From: Macrostomum lignano
Lineage: Eukaryota
NCBI GenBank assembly: GCA_002269645.1
Contig: NIVC01000323.1
Coordinates: 290,092 to 354,091 of the forward strand
Direction: 5' to 3'
DNA: 64,000 nt
A model generated the notes under the pieces. That model was not told where the DNA came from and did not search any database. It saw only the letters and a program-made list of their open reading frames with translations. The stretch's first letter is position 1; every line of letters starts with the position of its first letter. Of the stretch, positions 48,871 through 62,500 are shown piece after piece. The position numbers and the translations under genes are program-made.

Positions 48871-49555
48871 TGGTTTCTCCTCCTATACAAGGTTTTACTG
48901 TGGCTGGTTTGATGCTGCTGGCTAGAACCAAAAATTGCCTCTCTGCTTTCGTCCTTGTAAGTCTGAGGGGTTGAAAATATGGTAACAATTTACGGTCATG
49001 CAAAGTTTCTCCGTTTTATCTAATCACTGTGTGGTTTTGTTTGACAATCCTCTGGCTGAACTCGGGGAAGTGGATGAGGCAAGTCGTGAGGGGTGGCAAA
49101 TGGAATGGTCAAGGAGAGAATAGAGATGGAAACTGGAAAATGAGAGACAGAAGAGATTGAAGGTGATAAGAGAGGATAGAAACGGAGAGATGGGGAGATA
49201 AAAATGGACAGAGTGGAAAGGAGGCCATCGCTGCGTTTTGATACGCTTTTCTACCAGGGGCCTTACCACCAGGGGCCATGTCACCAGGGGCCTTACCACC
49301 AGGGGCCTCACCACCAGGGGCCTTACCAACAGGGGCCTCACCACCAGGGGCCTTACCACCAGGGGCCTCACCACCAGGGGCCTTACCACCAGGGGCCTTA
49401 CCACAAGGGCCTTACCAGGAGCTTTACCACCAGGGGTTTTAGCACCAGGGGCTTTAGCACCAGGGCCTTTAGCACCAGGGCCTTTAGCACCAGGGGCTTT
49501 AGCACCAGGGCCTTTAGCACCAGGGGCTTTAGCAGCAGGGGCTTTAGCACCAGGG

Positions 49556-50475
49556 TACGGGTGCTGAGGGTCGAGTCGGGTTTCGGGTCGGGTTTTGGTA
49601 CCGGGTTTGGAGTTTGGGGTTAGGTGTTCGGGTTCAGGTTTAGGGTCGGGTTTATTTGGGTTTTCGATTTCAACGAAAAAGTTTTAGCTATTTTAAAAAC
49701 AAATTTCCCCTAATGTCGTTATGTAACACTTTTTCAGTATAAAAAAGCGAATATTTAAACTTTGAAAAACCGAAATGATGCTTGAATTGAAGTTTTCAAT
49801 TAATGTATGTATGTAATCTATGAATGTATGGAATTTGGCTGGCCACTGGACTATGCTTGTGGATTTAAAAAGTCCCTATATTTATAAAAAAATTTATTGA
49901 ACACATGAATTGCTGATGCCAATGGAAATAGCACATCGTCCCGTGACATTTCTGACTTCGATTCGACAGGATCATTCGGCAAACCGGCATTCTATATCGT
50001 TACATTCAGCCTTTATTAGACCTAAATATAATGGTGTTACCGTTAATTCTATTCCGTATGGAGCCAATTAATTGTAGTCCTACACTGAGGGTTTTGGCTT
50101 GTAGGCCCCCTGGTTGTAGCTTGTGACCTTGTGTTGCAGTTGTGAGATAAAGTTAAACTAAACACCCTACTAATGACTATACCTACAGTACAGTATACTA
50201 TCTACTAGCTGATGACTAGAAATAGTGAGTTATGGAGTCAGGACTGCAGATGAAAACAAGATGTAGACTAATAGAGGTACCCCAGGACGAGTAAATCCCT
50301 CCCAGCCCCCCTTCATTCGTCACTCTTGAAAAAAAGATAATCACAGAAAGCCTGAGATGTAGCGTTCACCTTTCAGGGAAAGTTCGCTTCGGATTGGTTT
50401 CGGTTCGGGGTTTACCACGAGATTCATTTCAAGGTTTACCTTGAACCCGGAAAAATGGAAACCCGAACACACCTA
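49556..50475. mobile_element. hAT-type MITE in satellite A (copy in spacer 3)
   Basis: Perfect 8-bp TSD CACCAGGG at 49548-49555 and 50476-50483. Confidence 0.75.
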
Positions 50476-51686
50476 CACCAGGGCTTTAGCACCAGGGGCT
50501 TTAGCACCAGGGGCTTTAGCACCAGGGACGCCATCACCAGGGGCTTTAGCTCCAGGGGCTTTAGCACCAGGGGCTTTAGCACCAGGGGCTTTAGCACCAG
50601 GGGCGCCAGCACCAGGGGCTTTAGCACCAGGGGCTTTAGCACCAGGGGCTTTAGCACCAGGGGCTTTAGCACCAGGGGCTTTAGCACCAGGGGCTTTAGC
50701 ACCAGGGGCTTTAGCACCAGGGGCTTTAGCACCAGGGGCTTTAGCACCAGGGGCTTTAGCACCAAGGGCTTTAGCACCAGGGGCTTTAGCACCAGGGGCT
50801 TTAGCACCAGGGGCTTTAGCACCAGGGGCTTTAGCACCAGGGGCTTTAGCACCAGGGGCTTTAGCACCAGGGGCTTTAGCACCAGGGGCGCCATCACCAG
50901 GGGCTTTAGCTCCAGGGGCTTTAGCACCAGGGGCGCCATCACCAGGGGCTTTAGCTCCAGGGGCTTTAGCACCAGGGGCTTTAGCACCAGGGGCGCCAGC
51001 ACCAGGGGCTTTAGCACCAGGGGCTTTAGCACCAGGGGCTTTAGTTCCAGGGGCTTTAGCACCAGGGGCTTTAGCACCAGGGGCTTTAGCACCAGGGGCT
51101 TTAGCACCAGGGGCTTTAGCGCCAGGGGCTTTAGCACCAGGGGCTTTAGCACCAGGGGCTTTAGCACCAGGGGCGCCAGCACCAGGGGCGCCAGCACCAG
51201 GGGCTTTAGCACCAGAGGCTTTAGCACCAGGGGCGCCAGCACCAGGTGCTTTAGCACCAGGGGCTTTAGCACCAGGGGCTTTAGCACCAGGGGCGCCAGC
51301 ACCAGGGGCTTTAGCACCAGGGGCGCCAGCACCAGGGGCTTTAGCACCAGGGGCGCCAGCACCAGGGGCTTTAGCACCAGGGGCTTTAGCACCAGGGGCT
51401 TTAGCACCAGGGGCTTTAGCACCAGAGGCTTTAGCACCAGGGGCGCCAGCACCTTAGGGTCTTTAGCACCAGGGGCTTTAGCACCAGGGGCTTTAGCACC
51501 AGAGGCTTTAGCACCAGGGGCGCCAGCACCAGGGGCGCCAGCACCAGGGGCGCCAGCACCAGGGGCTTTAGCACCAGGGGCTTTAGCACCAGGGGCTTTA
51601 GCACCAGGGGCGCCAGCACCAGGGGCTTTAGCACCAGGGGCTTTAGCACCAGGGGCTTTAGCACCAGGGTCTTTAGCACCAGGGGC
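50476..51686. repeat. Satellite A large array (15 bp; left block at 49254-49555)
   Basis: ACCAGGGGCTTTAGC, ~80 copies; source of the LAPGA and LVLKP ORFs. Confidence 0.97.
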
Positions 51687-52438
51687 GCAAGCACATTTTA
51701 CCCTTTGTGTTGTGTTGGATTTTCAATATTGCTAGAGATTCCTTGCAAGCAGAGATAAAATAGGGAGGGGGAAGGCGAAATATAGTCTATTAACTCGGAG
51801 GACTTAGTCAGTGAGTAATCGCAAGCCTAATTGACAGCTCACTCCAACGCCAGCCCAGCAGACTGAAGCAGGGCAGACTCAGGCAGAGCAGGACTCACCG
51901 ATCGCCAGTTATGATTATGAACTCGTCAGTCTGCTGATGAAGCGGCAGGCAGAGACTCGCAGGCCACAGAGAAGGAGGAACTCGCAAAAGCAGACGGGAG
52001 GCTCTGCAGCAAGCAAACACGGTACTTGAAGTACCGAACGCTGGTTGGAGGGAAGGCTGGGAGAGAAAAGCCAGACGTCAAGGCACAGGACAAAAACGCA
52101 CAGCAGGGTGGGGGCTTGTCGAAGCGAGTGTGCGCAGCCGCCACAAGAAAGTCATTCCCGCACATTGGGAGGGCTGACTGGGCAGACAGAGGAAACAGGA
52201 ACGAAAGCATTTAGCCCTCACACCAATGAGTACATGCAACTGTGCATTGGCAGGAAAAGCGCGTTGTCCAAATCGAAACGCACATTGGAATTGCCCAGTC
52301 CAGTTGGTTTCCACAAAGCAGTTTGTCCAAGAGAGCGGAGGCAGCTAGCTGTCTGCTCAAAATTCTCGATAATTTCGGAATAGCAAACCAAATTTGGCGA
52401 TATTTGTCTCGCTTTAAAGCTGACCAAATTCTTCACTA

Positions 52439-53452
52439 CTGAGCACGAGTTTCACTGGAATCTGAGCACGAGTTTCACTGGAATCTGAGCACGAGTTTCA
52501 CTGGAATCTGAGCACGAGTTTCACTGGAATCTGAGCACGAGTTTCACTGGAATCTGAGCACGAGTTTCACTGGAATCTGAGCACGAGTTTCATTGGAATC
52601 TGAGCACGAGTTTCACTCTGGAATCTGAGCACGAGTTTCATTGGAATCTGAGCACGAGTTTCACTGAAATCTGAGCACGAGTTTCACTGGAATCTGAGCA
52701 CGAGTTTCACTGGAATCTGAGCACGAGTTTCATTGGAATCTGAACACGAGTTTCATTGGAATCTGAGCACGAGTTTCACTGGAATCTGAGCACGTGTTTC
52801 ACTCTGGAATCTGAGCACGAGTTTCACTGGAATCTGAGCACGAGTTTCACTCTGGAATCTGAGCACGAGTTTCATTGGAATCTGAGCACGAGTTTCACTC
52901 TGGAATCTGAGCACGAGTTTCACTGGAATCTGAGCACGAGTTTCACTGGAATCTGAGCACGAGTTTCAGTGGAATCTGAGCACGAGTTTCATTGGAATCT
53001 GAGCACGAGTTTCACTGGAATCTGAGCACGAGTTTCATTGGAATCTGAGCACGAGTTTCATTGGAATCTGAGCACGAGTTTCACTCTGGAATCTGAGCAC
53101 GAGTTTCATTGGAATCTGAGCACGAGTTTCATTGGAATCTGAGCACCAGTTTCACTGGAATCTGAGCACGAGTTTCATTGGAATCTGAGCACGAGTTTCA
53201 TTGGAATCTGAGCACCAGTTTCACTGGAATCTGAGCACGAGTTTCATTGGAATCTGAGCACGAGTTTCACTGGAATCTGAGCACGAGTTTCACTGGAATC
53301 TGAGCACGAGTTTCACTGGAATCTGAGCACGAGTTTCACTGGAATCTGAGCACGAGTTTCATTGGAATCTGAGCACGAGTTTCACTGGAATCTGAGCACG
53401 AGTTTCATTGGAATCTGAGCACGAGTTTCATTGGAATCTGAGCACGAGTTTC
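52439..53452. repeat. Satellite B, spacer 3 (~44 copies)
   Basis: Directly visible. Confidence 0.95.
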
Positions 53453-53767
53453 GCTTGTCAAATTTTTGAAGGTTATTATTGACAATTTTTGTTCTGGCAG
53501 CTTCCATGTCTCCCGTGTAGCCAGGGCTGACCGCTCGCCCACCTGCCACTCACCGAGCATTTTTGCTCTCTGCTTGTCTCCACCATCCTGCTGCAGTTTG
53601 AGTTTGAGCAGTGCGCCACTCGGCCATTTTGCAGCAGGGGCGAATCCAGTAGGCTGAGCTGAGGGGCTGCTGCGGCCCAACTGAAATTTTGAGCTGCCCT
53701 TCTGGCGACCCCGCCAGGACAGGCCGCTGAGGACCGGCGTTCGAATGCAGCCTCTGCACCGCAGCCA

Positions 53768-53920
53768 CGGCGCCCTTTTGCTGCTGCCCCTGCACTGCGG
53801 CCTGGCATTGGCGCCCTTTTGCTGCTGCCCCTGCATTGCGGCCTGGCATTGGCGCCCTTTTCCTGCTGCCCCTGCATTGCGGCCTGGCATTGGCGCCCTT
53901 TTCCTGCTGCCCCTGCATTG
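53768..53920. repeat. Satellite C, spacer 3 (~4 copies)
   Basis: Directly visible. Confidence 0.9.
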
Positions 53921-54804
53921 CGTCATGGCGTCAGTGATGGTGAAGGCCAGCACTATGTCACAAAAGCATGTAGGATGTAGTTTGATATTTTGATTATTTA
54001 CTGGGATTTTTCGGTAATTCGCATTCAGTTTTCTTAGAGTTCCTCACACCTCACAACACTTTCTGCATCAATATGCGCTATCCATTGACACACAAAACTC
54101 GCAAGCACAGGAGAATTCTTCAAGGAATACTAAGTGCTCGTAGTTCTTTGAATCGAATCCTTACGGTGCGTTCGCTGCACCAAAGTGCTTTGATGCCTCA
54201 AGGCAAAATTATCTGTAAAAAGAATGCCGATGTAAATGACATTCTAGATGTAAAAAGATGCTGCAGAGCCGAGCGGCCACCCACAGCCGGAAGTTCAGGA
54301 GGTGCCGCTGCTGGCGCTGCAGGCAGCCACCGGCGATTCTGCGGCTGCCTGCTGGCTGAGGAGGTGCCGGCTGACCTTTGATGTTATTGTGACCTTGCAG
54401 CTTTTTATGTACTGTTATGTTTGTCTTCAGGGATTTTACAGTTGATTCACTGTAGGATTCTCATATTATATTGAGGTAATCACTAAGGTATTTTGTTTCG
54501 TGAACTGAAAAATCATAAAATCTCTCACCACGCGGAACTTTGAAGGCAGCATTGTGGGGCAGAAAACACCAAAGGTGAGTTCAAGAACTCATGCACAAAG
54601 TCTTCCATTATTTTCAAATCTTTTTGTGAACTATAAAAAGCAAGCAAACATACTACGAGCGCATTTGAGCAAAGCAACTTCAGCTACTGAAGTACAGATT
54701 GGGGAATTTTTTTATTTTTATAGTTTTCTGATCAATACGAAACAGCAGTAAACTGTAAAAGCAAGCAAATGTATTTTAACAAAGCAACATAAAATATTAT
54801 AAAA

Positions 54805-55214
54805 CAGTCAGTGAATGTTCATGAGGGAGCTGTCAGGCTGTCAGTCACTGAATGTTCATGAGGGAGCTGTCAGGCTGTCACTCACTGAATGTTCATGAGG
54901 GAGCTGTCAGGCTGTCAGTCACTGAATGTTCATGAGGGAGCTGTCAGGCTGTCACTCACTGAATGTTCATGAGGGAGCTGTCAGGCTGTCAGTCAGTGAA
55001 TGTTCATGAGGGAGCTATCAGGCTGTCAGTCAGTGAATGTTCATGAGGGAGCTGTCAGGCTGTCAGTCAGTGAATGTTCATGAGGGAGCTATCAGGCTGT
55101 CAGTCAGTGAATGTTCATGAGGGAGCTGTCAGGCTGTCAGTCACTGAATGTTCATGAGGGAGCTATCAGGCTGTCAGTCAGTGAATGTTCATGAGGGAGC
55201 TGTCAGGCTGTCAG
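54805..55214. repeat. Satellite D, spacer 3
   Basis: Directly visible 37-bp units. Confidence 0.95.
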
Positions 55215-55814
55215 ACTGCAGGGTACAGGGGTACATGATGAAATAAATTTGCTGACTGTTTGAGATGATTCTGATAGCAGGTGCTTAAAGAATAAGGAGC
55301 ATGTGCACACAATAGTTTAAGCAAAAAAATACATCTAAAAGTGATCAGAAATATGTGCCGCACATTTTCTTCAAAACGCCAGAGAGGTCTTAAAAATTCC
55401 GAGTTAAACTCAAGCTGCTGCATCAAGTCTCTCCAGCTTCTTCCTGACCCAGCTGACCTTTAATTTTGCAGGATGATGCAAACAAATGTTACATGTACCT
55501 GTACATTTGGCTTGAATATTTCATTAAACAGCATTAACAATTGTGCATTGAACATAAAGAACATGCAGAACATAATCGCAAAATCGAAAAGCCCGCATCA
55601 AAGCAGACGCACAGTTTGAAGGGAAAAAGCAGTTCAGTATGTGGTGTGAATTTAATTAAAGCGCAAATGTATAAAACTGCAGTTCATAGCGGGAGGGCTG
55701 CTCGAACTCGATGCGCTCAATCCAAAAAAGCTAAAAGACAAACTAAACCCAATAGCCAGAAATTCCAGGGGCTTTCATGCAGATCACGCAGAACCCTCAT
55801 CAAGTCAGCGTGCA

Positions 55815-58800
55815 TCAGAATAAGCAGTTTGATTCAACAACGTCTCTCCAGCTATCGATGTACTCGTTTTGTAAAAAAATTACTGACAAACAGAAGCAAA
55901 ACCACAGCAAAGCAAAGCAAAATAAAACAAAAGTCTTCCTTGTGCGACCTTGGTTTTGCGATTTGACTTGGAGTAGTTCGGATGCTCCATCAAGTCTCTC
56001 CAGCTTCTCCAGTCTCATCCGACTGAGCTTGGCGTGAGTCCATCTGTTTCTCTGCTCCGCTGCAGTTTCCATGGCAACCAGGCGACCCAAGTCGGCCCCG
56101 TCTCGCCGCAGCCTCGCCCTCGCCCACAGCCTCCGCTCCTCATCTTCCCTGCTGCGGTGAGCACCGCTGTCACTGCCGCTGCGGTTCGAAACTCGCCACC
56201 GCTTCTGCCTGACCCAGCCGATCTTCTCCTCGTCCTGCGTCTCCATGGCGACGCGTCTCTCTTTCTTGATCATCTCCATCTGCTGCAGGCTGAGCTCCAC
56301 GCGCTCGCGGCAGTCGCTGTAGTGAGCCAGAGTGAGCAGCTCCTCCAAGTCCGGGTCTCCAAGCAGCTGTTCAATCCAATGATCGAATGCGATTACAGGT
56401 GCGCGATTGCGGAGCAGCTCAGCTTGGAGACTCCAGCTCAGGCAGCGGAAGTTCACGTACAGGTGGGAGGAGAGAGGCTGCGACAGTCTGGCTGTGAACA
56501 GAGTCTGCGTGAACTCGGGAAGGAATGGGAAGCGAGGCGGAGAGTCGCAGGGGAGGCAGAACCTCCACGCCCAGTCTGAGTCTTCTGGCAGTATTTTATT
56601 GAACACGTACCAGCTCTCGTTGTTTTGAATATCCTGTGGCATCAACCCTGATTCAACCTGATGTCTCTGAAGCTCCATCGCGAGTCTCTCAGCCTTCTCA
56701 GATTCTCCGAACTTCAAATGCGCCATGGCGGTCATGCACAGGGCGGCGCACTTGCACCACTGCAGCTCATGCAGGAGACTGAGCTGCCTCATCAGGGTGT
56801 CTCTGTCGCTCGATTCCGACTGCAGCTCGCTCACACACTGGTGCACCACACTGTACACGTGAGTCCATCTGTGAGTCCATCTGTTTCTCTGCTCCGCTGC
56901 AGTTTCCATGGCAACCAGGTGACCCAAGTCGGTCCCGTCTCGCCTCGCCATCGCCCACAGCCTCCGCTCCTCATCTTCCCTGCTGCGGTGAGCACCGCTG
57001 TCACTGCCGCTGCGGTTCGAAACTCGCCACCGCTTCTGCCTGACCCAGCCGATCTTCTCCTTGTCCTGCGTCTCCATGGCGACGCGTCTCTCTTTCTCGA
57101 TCATCTCCATCTGCTGCAGGCTGAGCTCCACGTGCTCGCGGCAGTCGCTGTAGTGAGCCAGAGTGAGCAGCTCCTCCAAGTCCGGGTCTCCAAGCAGCTG
57201 TTCAATCCAATGATCGAATGCGATTACAGGTGCGCGATTGCGGAGCAGCTCAGCTTGGAGACTCCAGCTCAGGCAGCGGAAGTTCACGTACAGGTGGGAG
57301 GAGAGAGGCTGCGACAGTCTGGCTGTGAACAGAGTCTGCGTGAACTCGGGAAGGAATGGGAAGCGAGGCGGAGAGTCGCAGGGGAGGCAGAACCTCCACG
57401 CCCAGTCTGAGTCTTCTGGCAGTATTTTATTGAACATGTACCAGCTCTCGTTGTTTTGAATATCCTGTGGCATCAACCCTGATTCAACCTGATGTCTCTG
57501 AAGCTCCATCGCGAGTCTCTCAGCCTTCTCAGATTCTCCGAACTTCAAATGCGCCATGGCGGTCATGCACAGGGCGGCGCACTTGCACCACTGCAGCTCA
57601 TGCAGGAGACTGAGCTGCCTCATCAGGGTGTCTCTGTCGCTCGATTCCGACTGCAGCTCGCTCACACACTGGTGCACCAAACTGTACACATCTGCGAACT
57701 TGCAGTACAATTGTTGAGAGCCACTTCCTTTCCTGATCTCCGTGACAGCAGGCGGCGCTGTCAGAGGCAGCAGAGTGAACGGGTGAAAGTAGAACTTCTC
57801 TGACCGCAGAGGTCTCACGAGTCTCCTCAGCTGCTCGACCACTCCGCCGATGTCGCTTATCACCTCACAAAGTCGGTCTCGTACCCTCGCCTTCGTGTTG
57901 TCGAAGTTGCTGCCGATTCCAGCGTTCTTGAAGTAGAGCGGAGCGTCGGGCATGAAGAAGTGCGGCATGCACTCATCGGGAGAGCTACTCGAGTCGATGA
58001 AGCTCAGCATCATGTCGAGAGACTCCTTGAGCAGAGCGATCAGATTGTGGGGCTGCCAAGCCTCATTTTTAGGATGGGTGCCATGCTTCTCCAGCATGAA
58101 GAATAGCAGAGTCTTTGCATGGTAGGTCTTGAGTCCAGGTGTGTCCAGAGTGAGCGGCAAGTGTCTCTTGAAGATGAACTTGATGAGTGTGAACAGCTGG
58201 CCCTGGACTGTGCTCAGGTCTCTCATGATGTCTTTCTCTTGAAAGCTGAAGCTCACTCTGAGCTCGTTGGTCGAGCTCGGTCTGGTCGCCCTAACGAGGT
58301 GAACATCATTCCTGTTTGCAGTCAGTTTTTTAATCCTGTCCTTACAGAATCTGCTGCAGCACAGGATCGCATGGCACGTGTCCTGTGCAGGCCGCACACC
58401 GCACGCCGTGGCTGTCACTGCTGGTTGGCTGCCTGAAGAGCGCAGTGAGAGGAGAGTCGCTTTGTGGCGAGTGAAAAAAAATGGTTGGTTTGAAACTGCA
58501 GATTTTCTTTTGGCTCGTTTGGAGTTTTAAGTATTTCAAAATATCCTTTGAAACGAAGGGTAGAATTTTATTTAATCCTGCAATAAATGTTTTGGCGGAA
58601 ACGCCATTTACACACTCGCCAAATGTACACATGCGCGCTAATGCTATTTATGTTTATTCAGTCCTCCAATTTTATTCAGCAGATTTTTGGCACCCGCCAA
58701 AGCTTTGGCAATTTTTGGCACTCCACAGAATTTACACGCTCTCTGAAGAGCCAAATATATGCATTTGTGAGGCATGAGCCTCTGCACCCACTAAGTTAGC

Positions 58801-59593
58801 CCAGCTTCAGCTTCAGCTGCTCTGGCTTCATCAGGTTGCAGCTCAGCACAGCTGATCAAGCATCATCAGGACTCAGTGCCAGCAGCAAGGCACCAATCAG
58901 GCAGTCAGGGCGGCTTTTCCAATTTTATTTGAATTTTTGAACTGAGAGCAGCGGCACCTACGCAGAGCCGTGCCGCCTACCGTGGGTCACCCAAGCACCG
59001 CTGCACCCACTCTGCTGCAATCGGAGCCTGTGAATTCAAAACCCAATGGCCCGGCTCAGCCAGTCGGCATCAGAGTTTTCTTTTCAATTTCGCCTGCCGC
59101 TTGTTTCAGCACCCAAGCCGACATTCGCAGTCACAGAAGCTGCTGGACTCTTGTTCGCCACTCGGGCGAATTTGAAATTGAGCAAAGTTAACTTGCTCCT
59201 AGTTGCATGCGGATCTCAACATTCTAATGATGAACCCAGCCTCACTCACCTGCTCCCACTGCAACCTGTGCGTGGCCCTCCGTGACCTGCAGCCGAGTGG
59301 CGTCTCTGCATTGCTGCCGATCTCTGTTGCAGCCACCTTCCAGATGGAACTGCTGCCCAGCAACCAGCACAGTCCAGTCAATGTCCGAGTCTGCAGCTGT
59401 CCTGCCGTTCACTTGCACCAGACTGTTGGCCCAGCCCTCTGCGTAGCTGCCCGTCATCTGCCTGCGATCGTCATCCTGTGTGAGGACTCGAGCCACTTCT
59501 TCCAGCCTGTCAGCCAGTCTCTGCTGACACTTTGCTCTCTGGTCAGTGAATCCCGCATCGCTGAGCAGTCGATGCAGCTCCTCGTCTGAGAGT
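55815..59593 (-). CDS. Copy 4 NTase/Mab-21 half
   Basis: GSYAEG...DSDID; QDTCHAI; HLV; SFSFQEK; LKTYHAKTLLFF; PHFFMP. Confidence 0.88.
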
Positions 59594-62500
59594 CTGGAAG
59601 GATGCGAGTGTGTAAAGTATTGAAGGTCAGAGTGCAGGTGCAGTCAGTAGAGACGGATTTTAAAATTGCAGTGGCCAAGCTCATGTAGTGCATGCGCCCT
59701 TGTCAGTTGGCAGGGCGCGTTGCACTTTGGGGCTGGTTGGGGGGTTGGCGGGCGTGGCAGGGTCTGGCCGCCGGCCGTGCTTTGCGCGTGCCCCTCCCCA
59801 GCCGTGCCCCTGCCCCGTGCTCAGGGCTGGTTGGCTGCGGCCGGGTCAGCTTTGGCGCGGGTGCAGCCCCTCCCCCCTTAGGCGGGGTTTTGATTGGCTG
59901 GGCCGGCGTGGTTTGTTTTGGTGAGCTTAGCCGGTGGGGCCATCGGCCCCAGGGTTCGGTTATTATTTAATGCGGCTCTAGGCCTTGCTCACGCCCTTCG
60001 CGCTGTTTCTCTGTTTCTCTGTTTCTCTGTTTGTTCTGTTTGTTTTGCTCGTGCTGTTTCGTGCTTTGGAATTGGTGTGCTCGCAGAGTACAAGTGCGAG
60101 ACTAGACAGTTAAACAGCAACTCTAGCTATTGAATACTCTAGCTAAGAAACACAAGAGCCTTAAGAAGAATCTCGGAGGTTAGAACCTGCACTGTACAAC
60201 GAGCGAATCAATGAACGCAATAGCGATTTGGCCACTGGTAAGCCGCCTGCTGTTTGAGTTCTTTCTTTTCTGGGAGCTTGTTAGGCTGAGTTCTTGCCAG
60301 AGCGTCATAACGCCGGTAGATCATATAGCTTTTGTAGTACTGTACCGTCTACTCTATATAGTGTGTACAACCTACAGTCTCGAGACTAGAAGCACCCGAG
60401 AGTGTCACCACACCTCGAGCCGCAGCGTGAACTCTGAGTGTCACAACACCAGAAGGATCGGACTATTATCGCAGAGCGTCGTTACGCCTGCTCGTATTCA
60501 TAAAAGTACAGACAGAGTGTCACAACGCCTGTTATATAACGTATAATATATATTGTACTCGGGACTGGGCACCCAAACCGACCCGGACACTCAATCCAAG
60601 GAAGGCAGGTGGCAGTAAAAGCGGCCAGACTCACGGATGGAGGCAGTGAGCGTCTGGCTGGGGTTGCTGTGTGTTTCTGGAATGTGTGAAGGAAAGCGAG
60701 GTAAGGTAGCGAAGTGATTGCGAGTAGAATGGCAACTAATGCAAACTGACTTGGTGGGATTCAGCAGCCGCAGCACCTGACTCTGCTCAAATCGCTGTGC
60801 GAGCTGCGCACACGTGAGGCCCTGACTGTCTCGATGGCTGGCATCGGCTCCATTGTCGATGAGAGTCTTCGCTGCTCGCACGTGACCGGCTTGGCAGGCT
60901 CGTGAGAGAGCAGTGCGACCGTGAGTGTCTTGAGCGTGCAGTGAGGCGCCGAGATCGATGAGTTTGTGAATGAGCTCGTGATGACCTGCATCAGCTGCGA
61001 GCATGAGAGCGGTGGCTCCGGTGTTTTTATCTGGGATATCGACATTCTGTGTGCTGAATCGCTCATGATTGAGCAGTGTGGCGGCAAGAGCGACGTGTCT
61101 TTGAGAGATGGAGAGACGAAGCAGGTGTGTGATTTGAGCCGACTTCATTCGAGAGAGGGTTTTGTTGAGAACAGAGTTCCTGCCTTCGATGGCCATTGCT
61201 GCAGTGAAGCTGAGGATGGTGTTGGATTGGAAAAGCCAGTCGGGCTCGAGGCCGCCGAGGAAGGCAATGACACTTTCGCGAAGACGAGAGCAAGCCGCGA
61301 CTGCGCACTGAAAACGGAGATTCGCTTTTAGATCGGGACTTGAGAGACACGCGATGAGGAACTCAGCGATTTCAAATTGACCACAAAATACAGCTTTTTC
61401 AGCGGCTTTGATGCAGCAGGTGTCCCTGTTTGATTGGCACTTGATATGTGAGACAAGAAACTTGACGATTTCAAAGTGACCATTTTCTGCAGCTTTTTCG
61501 GCAGTTTTGATGCAGCAGGTGTCCCTGTTTAACTGGTCACTGATTTGTGGGGCGAGAAACTTGACGATTTCAAAGTAACCCTTGACTGCAGCTTTTTTGG
61601 CAGCATTGATGCAGCAGGTGTCCCTGTTCGATTGGTCATTGATTTGAGGGACGAGAAACTTGACGATTTCAAAGTGACCATTGTCTGCAGCTTTTTCGGC
61701 AGTTTTGATGCAGCAGGTGTCCCTGTTCGATTGGTCATTGATTTGTGAGACGAGAAACTTGATGATATCAAAGTGACTGGAGACGAGAAACTTGACCATT
61801 TTAAAGTAACTGTTGACTGCAGCTTTTTCGGCAGCTTTGATGCAGCAGGTGTCCCTGTTCTTTTGGTCATTGATTTGTGAGACGAGAAACTTGACGATTT
61901 TAAAGTGACTATTGACTGCAGCTTTTTTGGCAGCATTGATGCAGCAGGTGTCCCTGTTTGATTGGTCACTGATTTGTGGAACGAGAAACTCGACGATTTC
62001 AAAGCGACCATTACGTGCAGCAGATTCGGCAGCAATGATGCAGCAGGTGTCCCTGTTTGATTGGTCATTGATTTGTGCGATGAGAAACTTGACGAATTCA
62101 AAGTAACCCTTGACTGCAGCTTTTTCGGCAGCATTGATGCAGCGGGTGTCCCTGTTTGATTTTCCATTGATTTGTGATAGGAGAAACTCGGCGACTTCGA
62201 AGCGGCCAAACAATGCAGCTCTTTTGGCAGCAATGATGCAGCAGGTGTCCCTGTTTGATTGGTCATTGATTTGTGCGATGAGAAACTTGACGAATTCAAA
62301 GTAACCCTTGACTGCAGCTTTTTCGGCAGCATTGATGCAGCGGGTGTCCCTGTTTGATTTTCCATTGATTTGTGATAGGAGAAACTCGGCGACTTCGAAG
62401 CGGCCAAACAATGCAGCTCTTTTGGCAGCTTTGATGCAGCAGGTGTCCCTGTTTGATTGGTCATTGATGTGTGGGACGAGAAACTTGACGATTTCAAAGT

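Noticed and set aside
50436-51735. LAPGA, LVLKP and RGFST repeat ORFs
   Set aside because: They are translations of the 15-bp satellite A.
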